This document shows positions 10,875 through 25,139 of a stretch of 64,000 nt of DNA, one piece after another. Where the stretch lies: the NCBI GenBank assembly GCA_051294375.1, contig JBJCIZ010000239.1, forward strand, positions 2,245,476 through 2,309,475, read 5' to 3'. Position numbers and translations under genes: made by a program. How positions within the stretch are numbered: position 1 is the stretch's first letter; every line of letters starts with the position of its first letter. Source of the DNA: Paraspadella gotoi (taxonomy: Eukaryota; Animalia; Chaetognatha). The notes under the pieces were generated by a model. The model was given only the letters and a program-made list of their open reading frames with translations. It did no database searches and had not been told where the DNA came from.

Positions 10875-13800
10875 AGGGAGGAGAGGATGTAGAGCAGCAT
10901 GAGCATAACAGTATATGCAATGTTTGAGTACTAAGATATATAGTGTCGTTCTTCACATAACTATTAGATGTTATGCCGGCTTGTCTATTAGATATATATG
11001 ATCAGGCACGCTCAGTAGGATATTATACAGTGACATGTACGCTAGATATTGAAGAGCCATGTTAGGATTCAATTGTATGTGATATATAAGTTGTCGATTG
11101 AGTTATATGTTGAGTATGGCAGTTAGTAATAATATATTAGAGTTACTCGCAAAGAGTGAAAGCACGTTTGCGAGTATTGTGAGAGAATAGATAGTATATG
11201 CAGGGACGATTATGACTAGTTGATAACACGTCATTGTACAGTTGAAGTTAATAGAGAGATATTGTAATAAAGTGTATAGATAAATGTTGATAAAAGAGGC
11301 TCATGCGCAGTATGGTTTTTATTATAAAAGAGTTATGCAAGTTTATTGAAAATAGCGCTCATATGCAGGCTTTGCAATAGAATAACGCTCATGCGTTGAA
11401 TATATAAGACAGACTATGCACGATATAGAATAAAATTCGATAGTTAATGCCAAAGTGTTGAATAAGATTAGTTGCCCAAGATATGATTCAAGAAAATAGA
11501 TATATAATTGACTCAGATATAGTAGCAAATAAGAGTAATGGTCAAGTATGACAATATATAAAAGTTACTTGGCAATCGAGCTAGTGCCATTGTAAACATA
11601 AGTTACGTGCATCTCTTCGTTATATGAGTACATGTGACGAGTATGTCAATTTGTCCGCGAGAGAAATGTAATATGTGACAGATATCCACGCTTAGGGACT
11701 GTAAATGTAGGATCGCGGAATTGAGCAAGATGTATATGTTCCAGAGCATAGTGCGACGAATATATTATGTAGACAAGAGGATTTATGCAACAGTATATGT
11801 CATTTTCTAATGAGATAATATATATATCTATGCCACATCAGATAAATGGTTTATACAAGTGATGTACTGGTAGTTTGCAGAAAAATGTATGGCAAAAGCA
11901 GTATGGAGCAAGTTTATTGATAAAATACATGTAGCCGCTAATGCTTAATATTATAGTTCTTCACTGCTATCGAATTTGAATGTATGCAGTATGCCAATTT
12001 GAAAATGTAATGCCCCAGACACGTCAAGCTGACAATTTTCTTGGTCGTTAGTGGTTCGGCCAAGTGATCAGACTCAATTTGTGCAGCAGAGAGCTATTAG
12101 CATTACAGAGATGCTTTGAATATGTTTTCTTTGAGGAAAACTTTAGTTGATCATAAGCAAAAGCTAAAGTATAGTTGCATGTTCTTAAAAAGATCGCATA
12201 TGTTTAACACTATTAATATTATATGTTTCCTATTCATAGTATTAACGGATATAATCTATTTTTCAGGAGATGTAATCGAATATTATGGCTCCAAGTAAGC
12301 GTATGTAAGTTATGGCTCAATTTGTTTTGTGGAGAAAGGTTAAAAGAAATTGAAGACAGACGTTGTGGGATAATATACATTACACGACGCAGAGATTAGA
12401 TACGAGGATATACTTAAGACGCAGTCAGAGAAAGGGAGAGACGCTGGGATTTTTCAAGGAAGATACATGTGTCGTCGGGAGCGATTAGCGCGCCATTGAT
12501 TTCGCTATGCGCATTGTTCTGCAGCCTGCCTCTCGACTGCTCATCTCCATATTAAATTCTGTTATTATCATGATAGTGTATTACACGGAGATTGAACATT
12601 TGAGGTGATAATATTGGACCACTTTTTTGTCATGCTTCGGGGTGAAATGCCGGCGATTGTTTTTCGCCCACATTTGCTAATATTTTATAAAAAGCTTATG
12701 ACTGTCTTGTCTTTGAGACTTTCTTAATAGAATTTGACTCTTTCGCGTGAGAGCCTCCTGTATGGCTACCTTCAAGTGGCCATATCCTTGTGATTATATT
12801 CATATAATTTATAAATCTGTCGCAGGTAGTATCAAAGAGTAAGACAAAGAAAATGTGATATATGATCAATTATTAAGAGTGTTATCTCACTCGGTATGAT
12901 TACTAGTATGCGAATATTTGAGAAATTACAGCATCTACTTCTTTCATGCGACTCATATGGATTATTGGTCAATAGATCCGCTCTTCATGCCCGTGTGAGG
13001 ATTTAGTCACACGAATACTCGCCAGGAGAGTGTGGGTGCCGAATAGCTCGTGCTGCCATTGGATTCTGATCTCCGTTTTATAATAGTAGAGTATATAGCC
13101 TACTCGTATATAAGTGAGCAGAGAATCATTTGCAGGACCACTTATATATATCTTGAAACCTGTACATCATATTTCATGACTTGTTTATACTCGTTCTTAG
13201 AATGTCTTATTGGGCAAATTCACAGGGACGATCCTGGCCGCTTCCGGCAGTCCCGGGGAATTGTGTTGTCGCCACTCACTCGATTGTCGGAGTGTTACAA
13301 TCCCAGCGATCCTATATTCCTCTAATTTTTAATCAGATGATATCAATTTATTTAGGTAATTAATTAATTATTGCAAGTCCAATCATCCAACAATCAGGTC
13401 AAATACGAAATGTATTTTCGAGGTATCTCGATGTAACTGTCGGTGCTCGTCCACGAGTTCGCATGCACTTTGTATGTGATAGGGAGTCTCGAATGACGGA
13501 TATAAGAAGACCATGATATATAATAAACATACATATTTCGGTTCATTTATTAATTATTATCACAATTTGCTTATAAGTAATTTCTGATATATTATAATTT
13601 ATTTGTTAGATTATTTTGTTATTATAAAGCTCTCCAATATTACCATTAAAGGCCAGCTTTGAGAGTCGAATCTGATCAGATATAGTGGAGCAGACTCCCA
13701 GATTGACTTTGTTTGTGACATACTTTCCATAACGCTGGTTGTCACTTAAGATTCTCCGACTCATTTCTCTCATCATCCGATCGTTCAGCGAACATACGTT

Positions 13801-13900
13801 TATGGGAAAATAAATTCCGTTGCTCTTACATAATTAAATTACACATTTTTATCTCTGTACAACGCAATGAAAAGAAAGGATTACACAAGTGCGGCTTACA
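10875..13900. other. Low-quality, noise-like sequence, probably from an uncorrected long read
   Basis: Lacks the homopolymer-rich texture of the flanks, has no credible ORF, and lies between duplicated error-rich blocks. Confidence 0.55.
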
Positions 13901-15560
13901 AGATAATTAGGAACGTTAATAATGCTGTCGCTACTATAGGGGCCAATATTGAACAATTAACAGCCATTTTTGTTCTTATTATCCATTGCATGTTTTTATT
14001 TGTAAAGAGCAAGGTATAGATAAACAAACCTTTTGAAATTTTAGGGCAAACAAAATTCTGATGAATTAAAGAATCCGTAACGACAAAATCCTTAAGAAAG
14101 TATAAAAAAATGGCTCGTCTTTCAGGGCCGCGGGTATCAAGCGATTTCGATATGAAAACATAGGAAGTTTTAAGCCTGCACCACGAGATTCTCCACTGAA
14201 AATTAGTCCGCTTAGCGCTGTCCCAACTATAAAAAAATATGGCATTTTTGTTTTTTGAATGATTGTACGTTTTTTTAATGTGAGGATAGGTTTTTTGTCT
14301 CAACGCTCGCCGAAGGCAAACATTCGACGTTGCCCATTCCGACTGTTTAACATGGGGTTCTCCGGTAGAAATTTGCGAGAGTTGAGATCCAAAATATCTC
14401 ACAAAACGGTTTGTTTTTTAAACAAGTAAAAAATATATTTTCTCTCAAATTTTGTTTTGAATTTAATATTTTATGTAATTAAAGGAAGCGGAACATCTTT
14501 TAAGCGCTGAAGGAAGGCTTGGATTAAAAGCTCAAAACTTGTCCTTTTTTAAATAACTCAAAAGGCTGCATTGTTTTATAATGCATAGTAGTTAATTTTT
14601 TGAATAAAATTTTTTTTAAGCCTATCAATGAATGAAAATCATAATTCAAAAATCAATAAACCACCTTTTCTGTTATTTTCAAAGAGTTGACTTTCAAGAG
14701 AAGATTCACCACCTGCACTAATTTAGAAAAATTGTTTAGAAGAAAATAAATAATGGAAATTTTAAAAAAATATATTGTTTTTTATTTTGCATTGGTTGAC
14801 GCGCTTTGGTGAATTCATGTCGGCTCATGGGTTGATATCCCGCCATAATAGTTCTAATCTGTGACGAGCCAAAACAAAAAATTAAGTATTTAGCGTTATA
14901 GCTTATTAATATTTTGATTAATGTTACTAGGGCATGATGGTGTCCGTTCTTTCAAAAATCTGTGTTTTTCTCACCGGGAGTAGTGTCGCAGCGGCAAAAG
15001 AGGCGAGGAAAAGTCCTAGGTGATATTGCGAATTTTCTCCCAGCACCAATTTGGAATGAGAAACTTTGCAAGAATCAACAGCTTTCTAAAATGTGGTGAT
15101 ATTTCTGGGCAGATCTAATATAGCATGTATACATATAGCGATTTATAAAAGAAAAAATGATCTAGAACTATGTTATAATTTAACGCAGAAAATAAGCATT
15201 AATAACGTAATTTTAGTCTAGAACCATTTTAAGTTGTCAAAAAACCAACAGCTATTTTGGTGAATCCGGAGAGTGTAACGCCAGCATAAAGTGGGCGTGG
15301 AAAGTTCAAATAAATGCAAACCTGTAATGAAATTTTTACATTGTGATATTTCGTATTTTTTTCGACTAAAGATTTAATAAGAAACTTTGCGAGAACCAAA
15401 CAACTTTTCTAAAGTAGGATATTTTTTGGGAGCCTAATCCGCATGTTAATGAATGTCAACAGTTTTTTTAACTTGCCACAAAGATGTTGGGAAGGAAGAG
15501 AGAGAGAAAGGAAGAGAGAGTGAGAATTAGGTGAAGGAGTATAGGGAAGAGAGAGAGAGG

Positions 15561-18500
15561 AGAAAAATTTTCAACAAAGATTAAAAAAAAGGAATAGAGG
15601 TCGAAGTAAAGACAAGTTAGGTTTAGGGCCAGAGAATAGAGAGATAGAGTATGAAAAAAAAACAGTTTCACTGTTTAATAAGAAAAATGGCGTTGCTTGA
15701 AACTGACTTCCAAACTCTTTTCTAATTCAAAACGCTATTGGCGACATAAATGAATAATTTTGTTATTGCTCGGAAAATTTTTAAGAGGTTTTTTTTTTAA
15801 GGAAAAAAAAAAGAAAATTATATCTGGAATTAACTTTTTGATGCATGGATATTGTTTTCTCTTCTCCTTCACGCTGGAAAAAACTTTAAAAATAGGGTAA
15901 TTCTCTAAAGATTTTACATAAAACTTTTATGAAAAAAGGGTCTAACTTCCGGCTATAGTTTTTGAGCAAAAAATGGTGATGCCCAGTAATAAAATTGATT
16001 GATAAAAAAATTAAAATAGTGAAAGGTATTAAAAAATTCAAACCAAGGAATTGTTAAAAATTAGGGCAAAGTCTCATTAATAGAATGATTGAATATGGAA
16101 ATTTTGAATATTTACAGGCGCAAAAGTTTAAAAGTCTTTGGCTATTAAAAAACGAATCTTTTTAAGGATGCAATAATTGAATAATATGATTGGAGTTTTT
16201 ATGTTATGATATGGATGCATGATATCCCTTTGTGGATAAAGTATACAGTATAAACGTATAAAGCCATTAGGCAGTCAGAATAGATCAAGGACAACTTTTT
16301 AATAATAGCATACTTAATTGAAATTATCGAGCACACTATTTCCGGTTAGGGACACGCCCACTATTGATGAAAACCTTTTTTGAACCCTCTTTTTGTGCTA
16401 AAATATCTACTTATTAAAGTTATTACTAACTATATTGCGGCCAGATAAGTAAAAAACGCAACTGCCATAAACTTTTCATTTGTAGTAAAAAGAAAAAATT
16501 CCATATTGTGTGCCACGCCAAGCTTCCGGAGCAATTGTGCGTAGGTCTAATGCAAAATCTGATTGACCGGCGACACCTTGGTTAGTCGTTTTTAAGTAAG
16601 CTTAAAATTATAGCTAGAAAAGCTTTAACAGGATTGCTGAAAAATTTCGATACTCGCACTGGTTAAAAAAAAAGAGTGGTAGCGTTTAGTCTCTCTTAAT
16701 CTGACCGTCGGCTGTCCTATCTTACTTTGCCAATCCATCGTGTTTCTTCCGTCTACCCTTATGCGGGGCTGCAAAACGTTGTCCTGCATTATACCCGCAG
16801 TAGACGGCGGCGTGGCAAAATTGGACTTGACGCAAATAAGCCGTTTTTATAGGTATGTTGGACTAAATCCAGCCCCGAACAACAACCAAGAACACAACGC
16901 AATCGACTTTCAGGCGACAGGCGCTCAACTGGGCAAGGGCACTTTCCGCACAAACAGCGATCAGGCGAGCATGCCTCAACGTTGGTGAACGCACTTCCAC
17001 CAACAAGCAATTCACTGAAGAGACGGCAACAGACTTCCTCGCTACAGGAGGGGGGGATGTATGGTGGGCTAAATGGCCCCGGCAACGCGTTCATAAGCAG
17101 TAAGGCGTAGTAGAAAATTTTTCTAAATTTAAACTTAATTAAAATTCTAAAAGTTGAGGAACGAAGCAGAACATATATTAATGAACATTTCTGTAATACA
17201 AAAATTTATAATAAATTTTACAATTGTACGCAGTAGGCCATATTTATACTGAGTGACTAAACCAATAAATTGTTTTAAAAATTTCAAAAAAGAGAAAAAA
17301 AGAAGACAGTTTTTTGTAAGATTTTTTTTGCAGATTTGGATTCGTCATAAAAAGTTTGATAAATAGAAATATACTCCCTTGTTTGAAAAATTCCCTTCAT
17401 TAAGTGGGTCAAAATGAGAAAAAGCTATATTTTAACGCTGAATAATTAACGTTTTTCCAACATTAATATATAGTTTTATTTAAAAATATTTTAACCCACT
17501 TAAGAAAGAATTTTTTAAAATGAGTTATATTTCTTTAGTCAACTTTTTACGAGGGAATTCAAATCTGGCAATCAAAATTAAGAAAAGCGCTATTTTGAAA
17601 TATTTCGATTTTATAAGCGTAGTAGACTATAGTAGTAAATATAGCCCTACTGCGAAGAATTAAGAAACATAAAATTAATTTTTTTACAAATTACGATGTT
17701 CCACTGATGCGTATGTTGTTCAGTAATTGACTTTTAGAATTTTCGTTTTATGTACTGTTCAGCAACGCGTTAATCAAGCAGCTGTTGGTGGCCGGAGGTA
17801 AGTCTATTCGCCTCCCAACCCAAGAGGTCCTGGGGTTCTAGGCCCGGTGGCCGCCCTAGCAGTTAAGAAGGGACTGGGGGCGCTTACCTGCCTGTAAACA
17901 TGGTGTTACAGGCTTGAATACCGAAGCTCAGGGACTGCTTAGTATTGAAACGGTTTCTGTCACTAAACATACAAGCAATCAATTACATGTCTCTTCAAGT
18001 AGTTTACTGTTACTTTCGGGAATTTAATAGTAGAAGAGATCGAAAAAGTTTTTAGTCAGATGCTGCTTATCCAGCAGAATCGCGACTATGCTATATTCAC
18101 TTTGTCGGTCCGTCGGTCGCGCTCTCTCAATAATTGTCTCGGTATTTAACTTCTCTTTCAATGTGCAGAACAGTTTTCTCTATCTCTTCTCCCCTGCTTT
18201 GAATTATGTCGATATACATTATGTACAAATCATGATGACCGTTTCTTCCGTTCTCTCTGTTGATCCAGTCGTCATCCCACTCTCATGCAACAAAGTATAC
18301 ACCATATTACTATTCGTCGCAACTCTGAGAGTTGATCAATGTGTATTTGGTATGATGGAATGGAATTCTGATTAGGCTCGCTCGTAGTAGAGGAGAGACC
18401 ACGCTTCTGATGATTGATTGGATAGTTATCGTCTGTGAGTTATGAATGGTATATTCGATCTGGCATATCTTGTCTCTATATTGTCGCCTGATAAGGTATA

Positions 18501-21500
18501 TATATAATTATGGTATTATAAATGGAAAAATAAAGAAAATATAAATTATAATCACTATTTGATAAACTACTGCCACACATACCAGTTTATCATTAGTTAA
18601 TTTAGTAAATATTAATCATGATTGAAGTAGATTCTGATAGGCAATATCCGTAATTAACTGCATAGAGATACCATAGAAATAATTTATGGAAATGTAAGGG
18701 TACGGGCGATTGAACAATTTCAAGAAAATTCTTTGTAGTTGTTGCACGGTAGGTAATGTAATGGTGGGAGTGGTATGCTCTGGAATAATCACAACGCCAT
18801 TCTCGATGGACATCGTTGATAGAGATAGAGATTGTAAACATAGGAAATAGATAAACAACAGAATTCAGCGAATCTGTTATATAGAGTCAGAATAGCTTAA
18901 TTACGATTTATATGAATGGCATAATGATAAATTTCTTAAATATTTTTGGTTTCCTTTTGTATAATTAAGACTGAATTGTATTCATATAAAGCATAGTGAA
19001 GGATGTATTATAATCAAATAATTAATTCAGTTAATTTTATGCAATTAGTCAAATTAATAATCAGATAATCCATCATATAATCATTAATTAAATAGTCAAT
19101 CATCCGTCCGCATCGTGGCACCTGTCATCTTCAGCAAAAGCCTCCATATACTCGTGATTGGCTGTAGTTTGATGGAATGAATTTTGTTTTTGTGGGTAGG
19201 ACAAGTGTGAGATTTGAAGCTGGATATAGAAATTGTTTCGACTGGAATCATGCTCGCTGGGCGAGTGGGAATGGAAAGTTTAATGGAAAAAAGTAAGTGT
19301 GCATTTATCGTTTAAAATGCTTTTTAATATATTTTTAACACATAAATACTCTAATTTAATCCATAATTGGATGAATAGATTTAGTTGAAATTTATGCTGG
19401 TGGGTAGGAAAAAAAGTGTGTGACGGAAGCTTGATACAAAGTTTCTGGTGGATGGAACGTCAGAGTTTAAATAAAAAAATATTGTGCATTTACGTTAAAT
19501 CTCTTTTTGTTTTCACGATCTTGTTTAACGTTGCCCTGCAATAAGTTTCACTGCTATATTTATTTAAAACTTTATCTGTCGCACACCCTCAAATTTTTAG
19601 ACATTTAACTTCATCCGTATATTCGTTATGCGCCTTTTACTTTCTTCTTCTATCGCTCGATATTCAGGCAAATAGCATAAAATTGAATTAATAAATATGC
19701 GTGATTTAGGCAGTTGAAAAGGAGCCTAGCTAATGTTAATCTATTCTGTAAGAGTGATCCGGAGGCCGATAAAACACACACTCAAACGCTATCGTCCAAA
19801 GTCAGCACAGAGACTGCAGAGGATAGCTATTATATTCCTAAATTGAATGGATAATCGTTTGTTTTTTATTACCCATTGGTTGTAAACCCAGATTTCAACC
19901 TAATAAGTTGTTGACGGTAATTGGTGGTGCCACTGCCTGTGGAAAATGAGTTTAAATGGAAAAAAATATTGCTACAGCATTTTTCCCCTCTTGAAATCAT
20001 GCTTTTTTTATACATTTAAATTTTTATAATTGTTCTATGGGATCCTTACCCTCAATTATGTTTTAAAGAAAGTTCAAATAATGATTTAATGTTAATTTGA
20101 AATCGAGAAGAGAGAAAAAAAAAAAATCGGGGATAGCCAAAATAATAATTTTTTTGTTACATATGAAGACGAAATATTATAATAAAAAAAAAAAAGAAAA
20201 CAAAAAAAAAAAATGTACAGATTTCAGAATGCCAAAAAGACGTTGAAAGAAAAAGAGAGCAGAAAAAATTAATTGCAGTTGAAAAATTTAGCAATGTTGA
20301 AAAAGTTAACTGGCAAGTTGAAGAAAATTATGCAAGTTTAAAAAAATTATGCAAGTTGAAAAATGATGGCAAGTTGAAAAACTGTAATGCAAGTTAAAAA
20401 AATGAATGCGATTGTAAAAATGATGTAAATTGGAAAAAATGATGAGTTTGGAAAAGATTATGTGGCGTGGAAAAAATGATGCGAGTTGATAAATGATGCG
20501 AGTTTAAAAATGATATGCGATTGTAAAAGATGAGTGTAAATTGAAAAAAATGAGAGTTGAAAATTATGTGCGTGAAAAAATTATATACGTAGTGTCAATA
20601 AAAATTNNNNNNNNNNNNNNNNNNNNNNNNNGTTCAAAAAATGATGCGAGTTAAAAAAATGATGCGAGTTAGAAAAAATTTTAAAAAATACGTAAAGTTG
20701 CAAGTGATTTGGTTCCCAATTATCAAGATCCGTGGTATTTTAGAAACGGTGACCCTAGAAATTAGGATAGTGTTATTGTGATGCTAATTTTTTTTTCTTA
20801 CAGCTTGAGAAAAAAGTTTTAATCAAAAGTTAATTAAATGCGTCTTAGGTACTAAACGACGGAAAAATAACCAATATTCACGGGGGGCGTTCGGTATTCA
20901 TCGTCTGGTTCTTAATTTTCGATAAAAGGTTTCAGAGCAATACCATATTTGGTTCCTTTTTTTGCCGGTACCAAGTAACCAGGCTCGTTACTATTTTTTA
21001 TCCTTGGAATCTCGAATATTTTTAAAAACAGGGCTAGAAAACAAGTAGAACTCTCATTAAGAATAAAGTTCTTGATTTTTTTCACCTTTTATTTTATTTA
21101 TCTTAATTTCTTCTGAAAAGGACCTCGACAATACATTTTAATTTATATATTTTATTTTATTTTATTTTAATTTATCTTACTGTCATGCGAAATTTAAATG
21201 ATATACGGGTTCGTGTAGGTCTCAAACCTCCCTGGTGGCAACCTGGTCGGGGGGTGAGCCCCCCTTCATGCAATGTCTCCATTCCGCCAAAACGACCAAG
21301 AAATTAATCAATAATCGGCTAAACTGGAGATCACGAAAGGGGAGCTGGGCCAATATTGGTGTTGTAAATTCGCACCAAACAAGACATGCGAATTTGCGTG
21401 CACATTTAAGCGCGCAAAGTTGATGTCGCACGAGGAAACCACCTGCCGGCGTGCGAATAAAAAAAACTGGCGTGAAAAATCGAAGGGAAGAGAAATTCAT

Positions 21501-21633
21501 GAAATGCGCGGGAGAAAAAGAAACATTATGCGTCTTGTTGTTTGGCCTTGAACAAACAAGAACCGAAAAAAAACAAACGTCGACATGGAAAAAAGAGAAC
21601 GGGTGGCATGGTGAAATGGAGGGGAGAAAGAAG

Positions 21634-21700
<67 letters not shown>

Positions 21701-24700
21701 AGAGAGAGAGAGAGATGAGAGAGAGACGTAGGGTACAAATTAAAATGAGTGAGATCGTCTGTGATGGCTGGCTTGAGTCGATCGACGGAGATTACTTCGA
21801 CGCCGCGGCCCGGAATCTCTATTTTGAATGTTTTTGGTCCGCGTTCACGGATGTCGTAAGGGCCGTCGTACTGCGGTTGGAGCGCCGTCGAATGTCCGTC
21901 GCGTCTGACGTAGATGAGATCGGCGTCGGCAAGCGTTTTCGGGATGTGGGAAGGCGGTGCCGCATGCCAAGCGGCGGGCAGAGGCTGCATGAAGATCGTC
22001 GAGGATTCGTGAGCGGGCGGCGGCGTCAACGTCAGTTGCTGGGACCGGAAGTAGCTCGCCAGGGAGCGTCAGCATCTCGCCCAGCCTTACTTCCGCTGGA
22101 GAGTAGGGCGTTTAAAAATGTGTCTAGAGTCTCCAAAAAGGTGTCATTCTGTTCGTATTTAAACGTTCTTTAAGAAAAAAAACCTTGCAAAGACTTTTTC
22201 AAAACATCTCGCCTCTCCCAGGGGCGTCAAAGTGCCACGAGCGTCAAATTTATCGATTTTTGACAATTTTCTTTATTTTCTTGTGATAATAGCCAATTTT
22301 AAATAATTTTTCAATGATATTTTATAATTTATTAAATTTATTCAAGTAAAAAAAAATTTATAAGTATCTTTAATCCGGAAAAAAATTCTACAGACCGGAA
22401 GTGACTCTCAAAAACAGTTTTATTTCGATAAAAATTTCAACTTAGGAAGTTTGCCACGCGCTCGAAATCATCGCAAAAGATAAGAAAAAGACAAAGGGTC
22501 GAAGATGCAGAATTTGTTCATCGTCTTCGCCTCAAGCTCTGTTTTTAATTAGTTGCGCCTTCAATCAGGTTTTGGTAAAGATTCGGAGCGCGCGACTTGG
22601 GATCACCCAAGCAATCTACGGGCGGATTTTGGAAACCCGGACTGTCGCGGGTGAGCTGTCGAGGAAACGAGGAAGAGGCTCGTCGAGAAAAAGAAAATTT
22701 TGGATGAGAAAAAACGGTGAGAAACTGGATTTTTTCAAACGCATTTTAAAGTAAATTTTGAAAGAGGTAAGTTATAATGCTGTGAATGGTATTTAAAATG
22801 GAAATAGATTTTTTTTACAAAAAAAAAGAAAAAAAAAAAAAACCGCTTTAAATAAGAGTGGTTTTTCAATTTCCATGNNNNNNNNNNNNNNNNNNNNNNN
22901 NNCGGTGAGACTGGATTTCATTTTAAAGTAATTTGAAAGTATTAATCTGTGATGGTATTATGAAATAATTTTTTAAAAAAACTTTATAGATTTCATCACT
23001 ACATTATGACGATGATGATTCAGAATGNNNNNNNNNNNNNNNNNNNNNNNNNNNNNNNNNNNNNNNNNNNNNNNNNGTGGATACGGTCAGCCATCTGCGC
23101 TGCTGATCGGGCACGTCTATCGACCGATAATCTTTTTTTTCTCTTACGAGATATTCTTGTCGCGACGAAAGTTGACATGAAAACGGTTTTTCTCTCGCCT
23201 TCGCTAGCGCCGTTTTTGATTTGGGACACCATCTCGGGCGTCGATCCTCACGCCGTATTCTTCTTGGAATCTCGATGACTGACTCGCGTTCTGCACTGTG
23301 CGCAATAACTGGCCAGCAGTGGGGTAATGAATAAAAATCTCAAAACTTTAAATTCTAGATGATAGACAATTTAAATTATCAAAATGTAGGAGCTTGTGTA
23401 AAATTGAGGAGGCCATAGGGAAAGGTTTCGGTTAAGTTTTGCAAGTGACATGAACTTTGCAATTACTCATAATCCTGAGCAAATTCCAGGATTTTTTGGC
23501 AGGGAATTGATATGCATCGACGCCGACCACCCCAAAGCAAAGAAGTTTTAAACTTGAAAACGTCAGCGGCCATTTTTGGTCAATGAACTCATCTATAGCC
23601 CTCGTAAACTGATTTTTTTTGTCGCCATAAACTTTTGTTATGAAATCAATTATTATTTTTAATTTTTAAAATTTTGTCCTTGCCATTTTTCTTGTAACAA
23701 TTTAAATATTAAGTATTTGAATCTGTGATCTCAATTTTTCGTTTTTAGGGAAAAGTTCAAGCCAATTTAACTTTCGNNNNNNNNNNNNNNNNNNNNNNNN
23801 NNNNNNNNNNNNNNNNNNNNNNNNNNNNNNNNNNNNNNNNNNNNNNNNNNNNNNNNNNNNNNNNNNNNNNNNNNNNNNNNNNNNNNNNNNNNNNNNNNNN
23901 NNNNNNNNNNNNNNNNNNNNNNNNNNNNTTTTAATATATTATTAAAAAATCCTAATAACGGTTTGAGGATGTTTAAATTATGATTAAATATTTCAGGTAA
24001 CTTTTAAGTATAACAAATAATTCAAATTTCATTCTTAATTTATAATTTTTTTTGAAAAACCTCAGAAATCGCTAAAAATCAATTATTTTGATGAAAGTAG
24101 CACTTTAACGCTTCTGGGAAAGGCGAGATATTAAAAAAATGTACTAAAAATGCTTTTATTTTGTATAGCTCTAAAATACGAAAAGAATGACACCTTTTCC
24201 GTAACTCTATGACAATTTTCAGCGGAAAAAAATGTGTCTAGTACATAGCTATTTTAGTGTAATCAAGTCTGTAGAATTAGAAGATGAAAACCATTTTTTT
24301 GTATAGTCTCATATTCTTTGTCAGAAATGGCGATTTTTGCAGCATATAAAGTACTATTAAAATGGAGCAAACATTGTAAAGTATAAAAACTTAAATTATT
24401 AAAATTTTATAAAAGCCATATTTAATTTACATAATATGAAAATAAAGATCCATATAAATATTTCAGGAAATTTATTTACAAATTTTATATTTTATTAACT
24501 GTTTGTTAGCAATATTTATTAATAAATAATAATAAAAAATAGACTAAAGTGAAAAAATAAAAAAATTAAAACCGGATTTAAATTCCTTACAAAAAGTTGA
24601 TATAAGAAAGTATAATCCATTTTAAAAAAAATTTTCATTAAGTAGGTTAAAAATATTAAAAACTATTATTTTTGTTTAATTTTTTAATTTTTAGCCTAAA

Positions 24701-24790
24701 ATTATAGTTTTTCTGATTTTGACCAACTTAATAACATAATGTTGATATAAAATTTTATTTTCTTATATCAACTTATTGCAAAGAATGCAA
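15561..24790 (+). repeat. Error-rich direct duplicate of ~2468-10530 (includes copies of the TRIM-A/MITE, the minisatellite and the integrase fragment)
   Basis: Colinear identity with many single-base insertions in 15.5-20.6 kb and several N gaps; likely an uncollapsed haplotype or a gap-fill read. Confidence 0.9.
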
Positions 24791-25139
24791 ATCAAACAAT
24801 AAAATTTTGAAATTGTTATTTTTTAACTTTTAATTATTAATAAATGTAGCTAACTTGTTTTAAAACATAAAATTTAAAAATAAACTTACCAAAATATTTT
24901 TATAAGTCTTTATTTTTATATTTCAAAAGTTCATGTAAATTTTATAAAATTTTGATAATTTGATTTATCAAAATTTATAATGGTTCTGCTATTTTATAAC
25001 AATTTTATATACATTAAAAATAGTAATTTTCGACAAGAAAGATAAAATTATACAAAAAAATGGTCATCACCATCGAATTCTACAGACTTGCTTACACTAA
25101 AATAGCGAGGTACCTTATTAGATTTATTATATTTTGTTA

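Noticed and set aside
10875-13900. Foreign or horizontally acquired DNA
   Set aside because: No ORFs or motifs, and it sits within an error-rich duplicated, gap-bounded block; low-quality read sequence is the simpler explanation.
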